Source: a bacterium (lineage in GTDB: Bacteria > Patescibacteriota > Patescibacteriia > JAZDEU01). Taken from it: a stretch of 29,500 nt of DNA. Where the stretch lies: the NCBI GenBank assembly GCA_043800235.1, contig JAZDNE010000080.1:1-29500 (forward strand), read 5' to 3'. Positions 17,047 through 28,187 of the stretch are shown in pieces. Below the pieces are notes generated by a model. It saw only the letters and a list, made by a program, of their open reading frames with translations. It did no database searches and was not told the DNA's origin. How positions within the stretch are numbered: position 1 is the first letter of the stretch; every line of letters begins with the position of its first letter. The translations under genes and the position numbers were made by a program.

Positions 17047-18153
17047 TTACCCATGCCTAAAAAACATCACATCGCCATCGCAAATAATGTAATCTTTGCC
17101 TTCCACTCTCATAACGCCATTCTCCTTAGCGCCGTTCCAGCCATTACAGGAAATAAAGTCATCATAAGAGACAACTTCCGCGCGGATGAAATTTGACTCA
17201 AAATCAGTATGAATCACGCCCGCGGCTTGCGGAGCTTTCGCGCCATTAACTACTGTCCACGCGCGCGTTTCCATCTCGCCAGATGTAAAAAATGTGAGTA
17301 ATCCTAAAAGCTTATAACTTGCGACTATTAACTTATCTAAACCAGATTCCGTTATTCCAAGTTCTTTCATATATTCTTTCGCTTCTTCTTCAGAAAGTTC
17401 CGCAAGTTCAGATTCTATTTTTGCGGAAATGTTTATAAGAGGCGACTTGCCAATTGGCAAATTTAATTCTTCAAGAGAGAGTCCGTTCGACTTCGCTCCG
17501 CTCTGCTCAAAATAATATTTTTTCTCATCCACATTCGCCACGAAAAGCATCGGCTTTAATGTCAAAAGACTTAATTCTTTTATTAAATATTTTTCCTCAT
17601 TGTCTAATTCCGCGTCAGACGCAAGATGACCTTTCTCTAAAATTTTCATAACCTTTTCTAAAACCGCGTTAACTTCCGCGACATGTTTATTGCCAGCTCT
17701 CATTTCTTTTTTTATACTTTCCAATCTTTTCGCGACAACCGACATATCGGCGAAAATAAGCTCCAAATTTATAACTTCCATATCAGATTTTGGATCGACT
17801 TTACCAGAAACATGAATCACATTCGGATCGGAAAATTCACGAACAATATGGCAAATCGCGTCAACTTCTCTTATATTTGCTAAAAATTTATTTCCCAAAC
17901 CTTCTCCTTTATGCGCGCCAGAAACTAAACCCGCGATATCTACAAATTTTATCGTTGCAGGAATAATTTTCGCCGATTTAGAAATAACCGCTAATTTTTC
18001 CAACCGCGCGTCAGGCGCATTAACAATGCCGACATTAGGATCAATCGTGCAAAATGGAAAATTAGAAGCGTCAACTTGTTTTTTTGTTATCGCTTTAAAA
18101 AGCGTAGACTTGCCGACATTTGGAAGTCCTACTATTCCTATTGATAAGCCCAT
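17047..18153 (-). CDS. ychF: Redox-regulated ATPase YchF (Obg family)
   Basis: GIVGLPNVGKST, NFPFCTIDPN, DIAGLV.GA.KGEGLGNKFL, TGS domain AP.AAGVIHTDF. Start placed at ATG 18153. Confidence 0.97.
   Translation of the reverse strand: MGLSIGIVGLPNVGKSTLFKAITKKQVDASNFPFCTIDPNVGIVNAPDARLEKLAVISKSAKIIPATIKFVDIAGLVSGAHKGEGLGNKFLANIREVDAICHIVREFSDPNVIHVSGKVDPKSDMEVINLELIFADMSVVAKRLESIKKEMRAGNKHVAEVNAVLEKVMKILEKGHLASDAELDNEEKYLIKELSLLTLKPMLFVANVDEKKYYFEQSGAKSNGLSLEELNLPIGKSPLINISAKIESELAELSEEEAKEYMKELGITESGLDKLIVASYKLLGLLTFFTSGEMETRAWTVVNGAKAPQAAGVIHTDFESNFIRAEVVSYDDFISCNGWNGAKENGVMRVEGKDYIICDGDVMFFRHG
17483..17509. repeat. GCTCC/GCTTC-type REP-like remnant in frame in ychF
   Basis: CCGTTCGACTTCGCTCCGCTCTGCTCA, a GC-rich island in AT-rich context; encodes EQSGAKSNG. 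Confidence 0.55.
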
Positions 18154-18159
18154 ATCAAC

Positions 18160-18190
18160 AAAACAAAAAATCAATAAAACAAAAAATCAA
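18160..18190. repeat. 15-bp direct repeat x2 upstream of ychF
   Basis: AAAACAAAAAATCAA at 18160-18174 and 18176-18190. Confidence 0.6.
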
Positions 18191-18243
18191 AATTATATTG
18201 TTTTGTCGCTTTATTGCTTTTTTGCTTTTTTGAGTATATCCTA

Positions 18244-18272
18244 TTTAAAAACTTTTATCAATATGGTATAAT
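18244..18272 (+). promoter_or_regulatory. Extended -10 sigma70 promoter
   Basis: TTTAAA, 17-bp spacer, TATAAT preceded by TG at 18264-18265. Confidence 0.6.
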
Positions 18273-18304
18273 ATTATCAATAAAAAAATTTCTAATTTTT
18301 CGTT

Positions 18305-19444
18305 ATGTTTTTTTATAGATATAAAAAAATTATACATTTTTTACTGCTTGCCGCAATTATTGCGGCAGGAGCGGAATCATATTTTTATCTTACCTCAAAA
18401 ACCTCGCTTTCAGAAATTGTTATAACTAACCCATGTAAAAAATCCGCCATAAATGGAGTTGTAAAAATATCAGCCAAAACTGCGGGGATCGCGAATAATG
18501 TAAAATTCGAATTAAAGAACGATAAAAATGAAAACATTAAAGAGCTTTTAGCATACTACGAAACGGAAAATAACGAGTGGATTTATTATTTGAATAGTTT
18601 AGAATTATTAGACGGCTCGTATTCGCTTAATGCCGTCGCCAGCGAAGACAAAATTAAAAAAGAAAATTCATTAACTATAAAAATAGAAAATGGCTTGGAT
18701 GAAGATATAATAGCTTACGAATCAAAAAAACAAACTGATAAACCTCAAGAAATTACTGCAAAGCTTATTCCTTTAAAACAAGTTGCGGAAAAAAATTCGT
18801 CAACAACTGAAACCGCGCCCAAACTTGAACCCGCAAAAACTGATAAAGAAAAAAATTCTGAAAATAACGACAATTCTGAAAAAATAGCTTCAGCTGTGCT
18901 TAAAGCTTTATCTAATTTATACGATACGATAAGCGATGTCTCGACCTCAACAAACAATGGAGAATCGACTCAAGGGAAAATAGCTGGAGCGTCTCAAGAA
19001 AATCAAGAAACAATAAACCAACAAAATAATGGACCATCTTCTCAAAATACTGCGGAGGATAAAAACGCGTTGCTTGAAAATCTTGACGGCAAAATATCTA
19101 ACAGCGAAAAAACAAATAATTCCATTAACCCTCCTGAAAATAATTGGTTCAAATACAACTTAAAAATTATTGGACTCGAAAATGGGGAAAAAATAAATGT
19201 TCCATATAACTTAAGCGCGAATTGCAATAATCCCTTAGATTCAATGGAATTTATATTGGATAATTTAGAAACTGATGAAATTGATTATGTTCTGAAAGCA
19301 TCTAATAATTATGGATATTATACATATTGGACATATAAACTAAACAAAGATGTTATTAAAAAAGCGGATTATCTTCTATACGCGAAAGGAATAATAGACT
19401 GGCATTCGTATGAAAGCCCTGCGATTATTGTAAAAATCGAATAA
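18305..19444 (+). CDS. Membrane-anchored surface protein with two Ig-like domains and a low-complexity linker
   Basis: N-terminal TM; W.Y.LNSLELLDGSYSLNA and WTYKLNK..ADYLLYA bacterial Ig-like patterns; S/N/E/T-rich linker. Confidence 0.6.
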   Translation: MFFYRYKKIIHFLLLAAIIAAGAESYFYLTSKTSLSEIVITNPCKKSAINGVVKISAKTAGIANNVKFELKNDKNENIKELLAYYETENNEWIYYLNSLELLDGSYSLNAVASEDKIKKENSLTIKIENGLDEDIIAYESKKQTDKPQEITAKLIPLKQVAEKNSSTTETAPKLEPAKTDKEKNSENNDNSEKIASAVLKALSNLYDTISDVSTSTNNGESTQGKIAGASQENQETINQQNNGPSSQNTAEDKNALLENLDGKISNSEKTNNSINPPENNWFKYNLKIIGLENGEKINVPYNLSANCNNPLDSMEFILDNLETDEIDYVLKASNNYGYYTYWTYKLNKDVIKKADYLLYAKGIIDWHSYESPAIIVKIE

Positions 19445-19455
19445 AAAATTCTGCT

Positions 19456-20076
19456 ATGCGAACAAATAATAAAATAATAAACCGCTATTATCAACTAAAA
19501 AAACAATACATCCATCATAAAGGTCAATGGTCGCTTTGGCAAAAAAGACATAAAACCGAGCTGGAAAAAGAAGAAATAATAATCGGCGCGATTTTAACCC
19601 AGCAAACAAATTGGAATAATGTTTCTATCGCGATTAAAAATTTAAAAACAGCAAACCTTTTATCATTAAAATCTATTTATAATAAATTTTTAAATACAGA
19701 AAACGCGCAAGAACTAATTCGTCCAGCTGGTTTCTATAAACAAAAAACTGAATACTTGCTAAATACTGTTCGATTTATTATTGAAGAATATAAAACATTA
19801 AAAAAAATGGAAAAAGCGCCATTAGAAAAATTGCGCGAAGAACTTTTGAAAATAAAAGGAATCGGCGAAGAAACTGCCGATTCTATTTTATTATACGCTC
19901 TTGAAAAACCCGTTTTCGTAATTGACGAATACACAAAACGGTTTTGCAAAAAACATAATCTATCTGATAAATTTTCTTATTCTCATCTTCAAAATCTATT
20001 CGAAAAAAGCATTCCAAAAGATTATAAACTGTATCAAGATTACCACGCTCTAATAGTAATCGATGGAAAACTATAG
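19456..20076 (+). CDS. Endonuclease III-related HhH-GPD DNA glycosylase lacking the Fe-S motif
   Basis: GAILTQQTNWNNV, IRPAGFYKQK, LLKIKGIGEETADSILLYA, FVIDEY; no C-terminal Cys cluster. Confidence 0.88.
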   Translation: MRTNNKIINRYYQLKKQYIHHKGQWSLWQKRHKTELEKEEIIIGAILTQQTNWNNVSIAIKNLKTANLLSLKSIYNKFLNTENAQELIRPAGFYKQKTEYLLNTVRFIIEEYKTLKKMEKAPLEKLREELLKIKGIGEETADSILLYALEKPVFVIDEYTKRFCKKHNLSDKFSYSHLQNLFEKSIPKDYKLYQDYHALIVIDGKL

Positions 20077-20106
20077 ACATCGCGCTATGAAAACGCGATA
20101 TGTCCA
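20074..20106. mobile_element. Family C mini-element (internally deleted)
   Basis: TA|TAGACATCGCGCTATGAAAACGCGATATGTCCA|TA; 20 of 22 nt identical to the left end of 29160-29338. Confidence 0.7.
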
Positions 20107-20134
20107 TATATCAAAAAAATAATTTAAAATTTCA

Positions 20135-22436
<2,302 letters not shown>

Positions 22437-22471
22437 TTATTATTTTAGCATATCTAAAACTATCTGTCATC

Positions 22472-22525
22472 TTGACAAAGTTTGCTTTTTAAACTATTGT
22501 CTTTTCCCCATCCATAGAGTATAAT
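22472..22525 (+). promoter_or_regulatory. Tandem sigma70-like promoters
   Basis: TTGACA(22472)-17-TATTGT and TTGTCT(22497)-17-TATAAT(22520). Confidence 0.55.
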
Positions 22526-22561
22526 AAGGCTAAACTTCTCATAATCCCTTTCCTGCTAAGT

Positions 22562-23464
22562 ATGATAGAATATAATTTTCCATTAAACCCAATCTCAAAC
22601 AAAGATCTTGAAAGAGGCTATTGGTTTGTCACCCATAAAATTTTCCTAAAAAGATTAGGCTATTCTTTTTTCATTCTATTTAATATACTCATAATATCCT
22701 TTAACGCATATAAAATAATAAACTTCTATACTGTAGAAGCGGAAAAACACGAACGCGAGATGCAAGAACTTTTTTCAATGCATATAGATTATGAACCGAT
22801 TCATAAATCTAATCAACCGTCTCCTCCTCAAATTGGTCAAATTAAAATTCTATCAAGCGGGAGAAAGAATGATAAAGGAACTTACGATCTAATCGCCCAA
22901 ATATACAACCCAAATGAAAAATTTAAAATAGAATTCGACTACCAATTTATTTGCAATAGCCAGAGTCTAATTTTAAAACACACATATGTATTGCCTGGGC
23001 AGAAAAAAATAATCGCGGATTTCGGACTGAATTTATTAAACCATAACAATAACGCCCAAGTAAAAATAATCAACCTGCAATATGAGCGGATATCCGCCCA
23101 TGAAATCGCTGATCCTATAAGCTTTATCAATGATCGGCTAATTTTTGAAATAAAAAATGTGGAGATGAATAAAATAGAAGAGGCAAAAAATGTCTATAAA
23201 ATCTCTTATGACTTTGAAAATAAAAGCGCGTATAATTACTGGGATTTAGGGCTTACTACTCTTTTATACAAAGATTCCGAAATCGTCGGCATTGATTATA
23301 TTGCTCTTGAAAAATTTCAATCAGGAGAAAAAAAAGAAATAGAACTTACTTGGTATGAATATTTGCCTACGACAATAAAAGTATCCATAATACCTGAAGC
23401 TGATGTATTTGATAAAAATATTTATATGAAATTTGAAGGTAAACAAAAAGGGCTTGCGCCATAA
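22562..23464 (+). CDS. Single-pass membrane protein of unknown function upstream of rodA
   Basis: 300-aa ORF, one N-terminal TM, beta-rich extracytoplasmic part. Confidence 0.65.
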   Translation: MIEYNFPLNPISNKDLERGYWFVTHKIFLKRLGYSFFILFNILIISFNAYKIINFYTVEAEKHEREMQELFSMHIDYEPIHKSNQPSPPQIGQIKILSSGRKNDKGTYDLIAQIYNPNEKFKIEFDYQFICNSQSLILKHTYVLPGQKKIIADFGLNLLNHNNNAQVKIINLQYERISAHEIADPISFINDRLIFEIKNVEMNKIEEAKNVYKISYDFENKSAYNYWDLGLTTLLYKDSEIVGIDYIALEKFQSGEKKEIELTWYEYLPTTIKVSIIPEADVFDKNIYMKFEGKQKGLAP

Positions 23465-23493
23465 AAATCTAAATAACATTTTAAAACACTCTA

Positions 23494-24624
23494 ATGTTTT
23501 TTAAAAAACTCCTCTCTTATTTAAAAAAATTCGACTGGATAACGCTCATAATCGTTATTTTTTTTATTGCCTTAGGACTAATGAGCATTTATGGAATTTC
23601 TTTAGGAAGCGGAGAAAAAAATCTTTTAAGCTTTAAAAAACAAATTATATTCGCAATAATTGGCGTAATACTTATCTTTGCGATAAGCGTTATTGATTAC
23701 AAAACGCTGAAAACATACGCAATTTGGATTTACGCGATGTCCGTAGCTCTTCTTGTTGTGGTGCTATCTCTTGGAAGAATTGTTCGCGGGACCAAAGGAT
23801 GGTTTGATTTCTATGGTTTAAGATTCCAGCCTGTTGAACTTGCAAAAATAGCTCTAGTCATAATACTCGCAAAATATTTCAGTTCAAAAATTTACGAAAT
23901 AAAAAAATTTTCCCAAATTATCGCGAGCGCGGCTATTACTTCTCTATGCATAATTCCAACTCTTTTCCAGCCTGATCTCGGCTCCGCCGCAATTCTCTTT
24001 TTTATTTGGCTGGGAATGCTCCTTTTATTTGGAATAAAAAAAAAATATTTTATTTTACTGATTATTATAATGGCGCTTTTCGTTGCGGCATCCTTTATTT
24101 TTTTAAAAGATTATCAAAAAGCGCGAATTTATACTTTTTTAGATCCATCCCGCGATCCATTAGGAAAAGGCTATAACATCACTCAATCTCTTATTGCTAT
24201 AGGCTCAGGACAGCTGAAAGGGAAAGGGTTAGGTTCAGGCACTCAAACACAATTAAAATTTTTGCCTGAAACAAAAACTGATTTTATTTTTTCAGTAATT
24301 GCCGAGGAAATGGGGTTTGGAATAATTATTCTAATTTTTATCGGCTGGATCGCTATTCTTTATAGATTCCTGCGATTAGCAAAAATCGCTAATAATCCTT
24401 TCGCCAGTTTTCTTTCGCTCGGCATCTCTATACTTCTTTTTGTCCATTTTTTCATAAATGTAGCCGTAAGCATAGGAATATTGCCTGTTACGGGAATCCC
24501 ATTGCCATTTATGAGTTATGGAGGGAGTTTTTTGATTATATGTTTTATATCCATAGGTATAATAGAAAGCATATACGCGCGAACAAAAATATCAACTCTC
24601 AATATTAAAACAAGCGACATATAA
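23494..24624 (+). CDS. rodA: SEDS peptidoglycan polymerase RodA
   Basis: QPVELAK, QPDLGS, YQKARI, GYNITQS.IAIGSG, PETKTDFIFSVIAEEMG, GIPLPFMSYGGS. Confidence 0.9.
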   Translation: MFFKKLLSYLKKFDWITLIIVIFFIALGLMSIYGISLGSGEKNLLSFKKQIIFAIIGVILIFAISVIDYKTLKTYAIWIYAMSVALLVVVLSLGRIVRGTKGWFDFYGLRFQPVELAKIALVIILAKYFSSKIYEIKKFSQIIASAAITSLCIIPTLFQPDLGSAAILFFIWLGMLLLFGIKKKYFILLIIIMALFVAASFIFLKDYQKARIYTFLDPSRDPLGKGYNITQSLIAIGSGQLKGKGLGSGTQTQLKFLPETKTDFIFSVIAEEMGFGIIILIFIGWIAILYRFLRLAKIANNPFASFLSLGISILLFVHFFINVAVSIGILPVTGIPLPFMSYGGSFLIICFISIGIIESIYARTKISTLNIKTSDI

Positions 24625-24635
24625 AATTATTACTG

Positions 24636-24666
24636 TTGACAAAAATTAAAATTAAACATATATGAT
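24636..24666 (+). promoter_or_regulatory. Possible sigma70 promoter
   Basis: TTGACA (24636-24641) and TATGAT (24661-24666); the 19-bp spacer is non-optimal. Confidence 0.4.
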
Positions 24667-24747
24667 AGGGGATAAATATTTAAGATTGCTTAGTTAAATA
24701 AATTCATCAACTAATTTATTTAATAACGGCATCTTAAAATCCCCTAT
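24665..24747. repeat. 83-bp foldback ending immediately before the ATG
   Basis: ATAGGGGAT/ATCCCCTAT, TTTAAGAT/ATCTTAAA and TTAAATAAATT/AATTTATTTAA arms; loop CATCAACT. Confidence 0.75.
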
Positions 24748-25644
24748 ATGACTAAAAAAATTTATAAAATTTTAGCGTCAATAATTCCTATTATTTTATT
24801 TTTTCCTCTAATGGCGGTGGCGCAAGATTCAGTAAAATCTATGGATGCATTGATTGACGATGTTGTTATAAAAAATACAGATTTAAGCGGAAAAATAAAT
24901 TTTTTACCTGTGATCAGAAATAAAAATGTAAATGTAAAAATCGGATTAGGCGCCTGTTGGAATAATACCCCTTACGAAATTTCTGTTTTTGATGAAATTA
25001 GAAACTTAACAACTATCATAAATGGGACCGCGCCTGCGGAAAGAGATTGCAATGATTGGTTTAATAGCTCAACTGCCGTCCCGGCGCAATACACTATCGC
25101 TCATACAAAAAATTTTGCTGGACAATCAGTAATCTTTACTTACTCAGGTTTAATTCCTTATGCCCAACAATTAGAGATGCGCTTCTATGAAGAAATTTTT
25201 AGAGACGCGAGTTCCTCAAAATTGAATAATAAATATAAAGGATATGTGATGATTAGAGCCGAAAACAAGGGACAACTTTATTATATAAGCCCTGTAAGCA
25301 AAAAAGCCTACCATATCGTCATACCAAATCATACAAGACAGTTAATACTCGGCGCAGGCGTAGGAATAACAAATGAAAATATCGCAAAAATCCAGGTTGG
25401 AAGCGCGTGCCCGGCAACAATTCCGAATTGCGATTTCCCGTCAAAATATGATCAAAATTTCGCGAATAAATATAAAGGATATATTTTTCTGCAAACAGAG
25501 GAAAAAGGAGAGGCTTGGTATGTTAATCCAAAAGACGGCAAACGATACTATTTAGGAGCGCCTGAAAATGGATATAATATTTTAGCTTCAACGGCGATTG
25601 GCATAAGCGAAAAAGATTTCGCGGAATTGGAATTAGCGTACTAA
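24748..25644 (+). CDS. Secreted/surface protein with duplicated G.[AL][WY]Y[VI].P...K.Y domain
   Basis: Signal peptide; repeats GYVMIRAENKGQLYYISPVSKKAY and GYIFLQTEEKGEAWYVNPKDGKRYY. Confidence 0.7.
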   Translation: MTKKIYKILASIIPIILFFPLMAVAQDSVKSMDALIDDVVIKNTDLSGKINFLPVIRNKNVNVKIGLGACWNNTPYEISVFDEIRNLTTIINGTAPAERDCNDWFNSSTAVPAQYTIAHTKNFAGQSVIFTYSGLIPYAQQLEMRFYEEIFRDASSSKLNNKYKGYVMIRAENKGQLYYISPVSKKAYHIVIPNHTRQLILGAGVGITNENIAKIQVGSACPATIPNCDFPSKYDQNFANKYKGYIFLQTEEKGEAWYVNPKDGKRYYLGAPENGYNILASTAIGISEKDFAELELAY

Positions 25645-25676
25645 CGCATTAACGCCTTACATTCTTGCTATATTTT

Positions 25677-25707
25677 AAGAGTCAGACTCCAAAAGAGCCT
25701 GACTCTT
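25677..25707. terminator. Hairpin between convergent genes, probable bidirectional terminator
   Basis: AAGAGTCAGACTC-CAAAA-GAGCCTGACTCTT (13-bp stem, 1 mismatch). Confidence 0.65.
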
Positions 25708-25712
25708 GTTAA

Positions 25713-26456
25713 TTAAAAACTTTGCTTCTCCCCCGCGCATACTAAATTCGCGCCATCGCGCCAACCGGTTTTTACGCCATTTTTTTCATAATAACATTCC
25801 CTTACTTTAAAATCAGCCTCGCTAAACATTTTTCTCAAACCCCATTTCGTAAAAGCGTGATGATATCGCACAACTCCTTTTCCGCTAAACGGCGGGAGCA
25901 TAATGTCGCCAAAATCCATTCTGCCATATTTTCGCGAAGTTTTGTTCTCTATTCCGCGCAATTTCACATAATTGCAAAGAATATATTTCCTGTATTTATC
26001 TTGCCATAAATTCCAATTAGTCATTATCAAAATTCCTCCAGGTTTTAAAACACGCCCCATCTCAATCATCGCTTTTTTCCGCAATGCTTTTGAAGGAATA
26101 TGGTGTAAAACAGCGATGCAAAAAATAATATCAAATTCATTTTCTCGAAATGGCAACTCTAAAACATCCCCAATTATAAAATTAGCTCTAATTTCTAATT
26201 TCTTTTTAGCTTCTTCTATCAATTTTTCGCTATTATCAATTCCAAAATAATTTAATTCTTTGTCGCTAAATAATTCTGAAAGCCTGCCATTGCCACAACC
26301 AACATCTAAAATCCTCATCCCATTTTTTGCGTATTTATCCGCTAAATTTTTTATTTCTTCCCAATTATAAAAACGGGTCTTTGAAAATTCCTCAGCGCAA
26401 ATATTGTAATTATCCTTTACTTGTTGTAAGATAGATTGAACTAAACTATATTTCAT
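25713..26456 (-). CDS. Class I SAM methyltransferase, Trm9/ALKBH8-like (putative tRNA cm5U34 methyltransferase)
   Basis: YN..AEEFSKTR..W, LDVGCGNG, IAVLHHI..R, GG...TNW and C-terminal RYHHAF motifs. Confidence 0.7.
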   Translation of the reverse strand: MKYSLVQSILQQVKDNYNICAEEFSKTRFYNWEEIKNLADKYAKNGMRILDVGCGNGRLSELFSDKELNYFGIDNSEKLIEEAKKKLEIRANFIIGDVLELPFRENEFDIIFCIAVLHHIPSKALRKKAMIEMGRVLKPGGILIMTNWNLWQDKYRKYILCNYVKLRGIENKTSRKYGRMDFGDIMLPPFSGKGVVRYHHAFTKWGLRKMFSEADFKVRECYYEKNGVKTGWRDGANLVCAGEKQSF

Positions 26457-26479
26457 ACAAAATATAAATTAAATTTTTT

Positions 26480-28180
26480 ATGATCCCCGCTCTCCTAAAA
26501 CTATCTCCAAAAACGCCACAGCAACTCTCGGAAGCAAAGCGAAAATTAGCGGCTAAATTCAAAATTCCTATTCCGACAAACTCTCTTCTTATTAAAGAAT
26601 ACCGCAAATATATAAAAAAAGCAAAAATAAACTCCGATAAAGAACTTTTAAAAATTCTTAAACGACGGGGCGTAAGAACAGGCTCAGGAGTCGCTCCTGT
26701 GGCTATACTTACAAAACCTTATCTATGTCCGGGTAAATGTTTTTATTGTCCAAATGAAAAAGGAATGCCTAAAAGCTACCTGTCGAACGAACCCGCTGTG
26801 ATGCGCGCGATTCTAAATTCTTTCGATCCATATAAACAAATACATGCAAGACTCGCCGCATTAGAGGCTAACGGGCACCCGACTGATAAAATAGAAATAA
26901 TAATTATGGGCGGCACATGGTCATATTTGCCAAAAAATTATCAAACTTATTATATTATCAACTGCTTTAAAGCATGCAATGAGTTTAATCGCTCCTTTTT
27001 TGATGAAAGAGCTATGGCGGGGTTATCCAATATCCAGCCTATCAATATTAGCCGACTGCGCAAAAAAAACAAACAACAACTTCTTAAAAAACTCCAATCC
27101 CAAAATGAAAAATCCGCCCATCGAATAGTAGGGCTCACATTAGAAACTCGTCCTGATTATATAAATATTGACGAAATAAAACGAATGCGAGAACTCGGAT
27201 GCACAAGAGTAGAACTTGGAGCGCAAGCTATCGATGATAAAATATTATCATTAAATAAACGAGGGCATGGCGTAAAAGAAATAATAAATGCCACAAAACT
27301 GCTTCGCGAAGCGGGATTTAAAATATGCTACCATATGATGGTAAATTTGCCTGGTTCGACTCTGAAAAAAGATTTTGAAATGTTTAAAAAATTATTCTCT
27401 ATTTCTGATTTTCAGCCAGACCAAATAAAAATTTATCCTTGTGTTGTCACAAAAAACGCTTCGCTATATAAATGGTATAAAAACGGAAAATATATCCCTT
27501 ACACTGAAAAACAGCTTGTCGAGCTCTTGATAAAAATAAAAACTATCATTCCAAAATGGGTTAGAGTGATAAGAGTGATAAGAGATATCCCCTCTTCCTC
27601 CATAGAAGCCGGCAATAAAATTTCAAATCTGCGGGAAAATCTTGGTAAAATTATGAATAAACGAAAAATTTCCTGCCAATGCATAAGATGCCGCGAGATA
27701 GGAAAATTAAAAATTCAAAGCGCGAGACTTAAAATTATAAAATACAAAGCCGCGGATGGGATAGAATACTTTTTATCTTACGAAGATTTTAAACAAAATA
27801 AAATAATCGCGTTTCTTCGCCTGCGCCTGCCTTATAGTTCCCTCCCATTGGATGAGAACGCTAAAGCAAAATTTTCTATAACACACTCAGCCGTAATACG
27901 CGAAGTCCATACTTATGGTCCCGCGGTAAAAATTTCAAAAAAAGAGAGTCAAGCCGCGCAACATATCGGATTTGGGAAAAAACTAATCAAAAAAGCGGAA
28001 GTAATCGCGCAAAAAAACGGATATAAAAAAATCGCCGTTATTTCCGGCGTAGGCGCGCGCGGCTATTATCGCAAACTGGGTTATCGGCTAAAAAATACTT
28101 ATATGATTAAAAAAAACCATCAGGTCATCCTAAATCCTGATGGCATAAAAAGTAAATATTTGTCAATAAACAATGTATAA
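26480..28180 (+). CDS. elp3: Elp3 radical SAM/acetyltransferase (tRNA U34 carboxymethyltransferase)
   Basis: CPGKCFYCP, PKSY, MGGT, LETRPD, VELGAQ, KIYP, CIRCREI, REVHTYG, QHIGFG, SGVGARGYYRKLGY. Confidence 0.93.
   Translation: MIPALLKLSPKTPQQLSEAKRKLAAKFKIPIPTNSLLIKEYRKYIKKAKINSDKELLKILKRRGVRTGSGVAPVAILTKPYLCPGKCFYCPNEKGMPKSYLSNEPAVMRAILNSFDPYKQIHARLAALEANGHPTDKIEIIIMGGTWSYLPKNYQTYYIINCFKACNEFNRSFFDERAMAGLSNIQPINISRLRKKNKQQLLKKLQSQNEKSAHRIVGLTLETRPDYINIDEIKRMRELGCTRVELGAQAIDDKILSLNKRGHGVKEIINATKLLREAGFKICYHMMVNLPGSTLKKDFEMFKKLFSISDFQPDQIKIYPCVVTKNASLYKWYKNGKYIPYTEKQLVELLIKIKTIIPKWVRVIRVIRDIPSSSIEAGNKISNLRENLGKIMNKRKISCQCIRCREIGKLKIQSARLKIIKYKAADGIEYFLSYEDFKQNKIIAFLRLRLPYSSLPLDENAKAKFSITHSAVIREVHTYGPAVKISKKESQAAQHIGFGKKLIKKAEVIAQKNGYKKIAVISGVGARGYYRKLGYRLKNTYMIKKNHQVILNPDGIKSKYLSINNV
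28117..28143. terminator. Hairpin at the elp3 3' end between convergent ORFs
   Basis: CCATCAGG-11 nt-CCTGATGG, preceded by an A-run. Confidence 0.45.
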
Positions 28181-28187
28181 CTATATG

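Noticed and set aside
26980-27030. Possible repeat-derived inserts in Elp3 (also 27835-27862)
   Set aside because: Hairpins are too degenerate to tell from chance, and these regions vary in Elp3.
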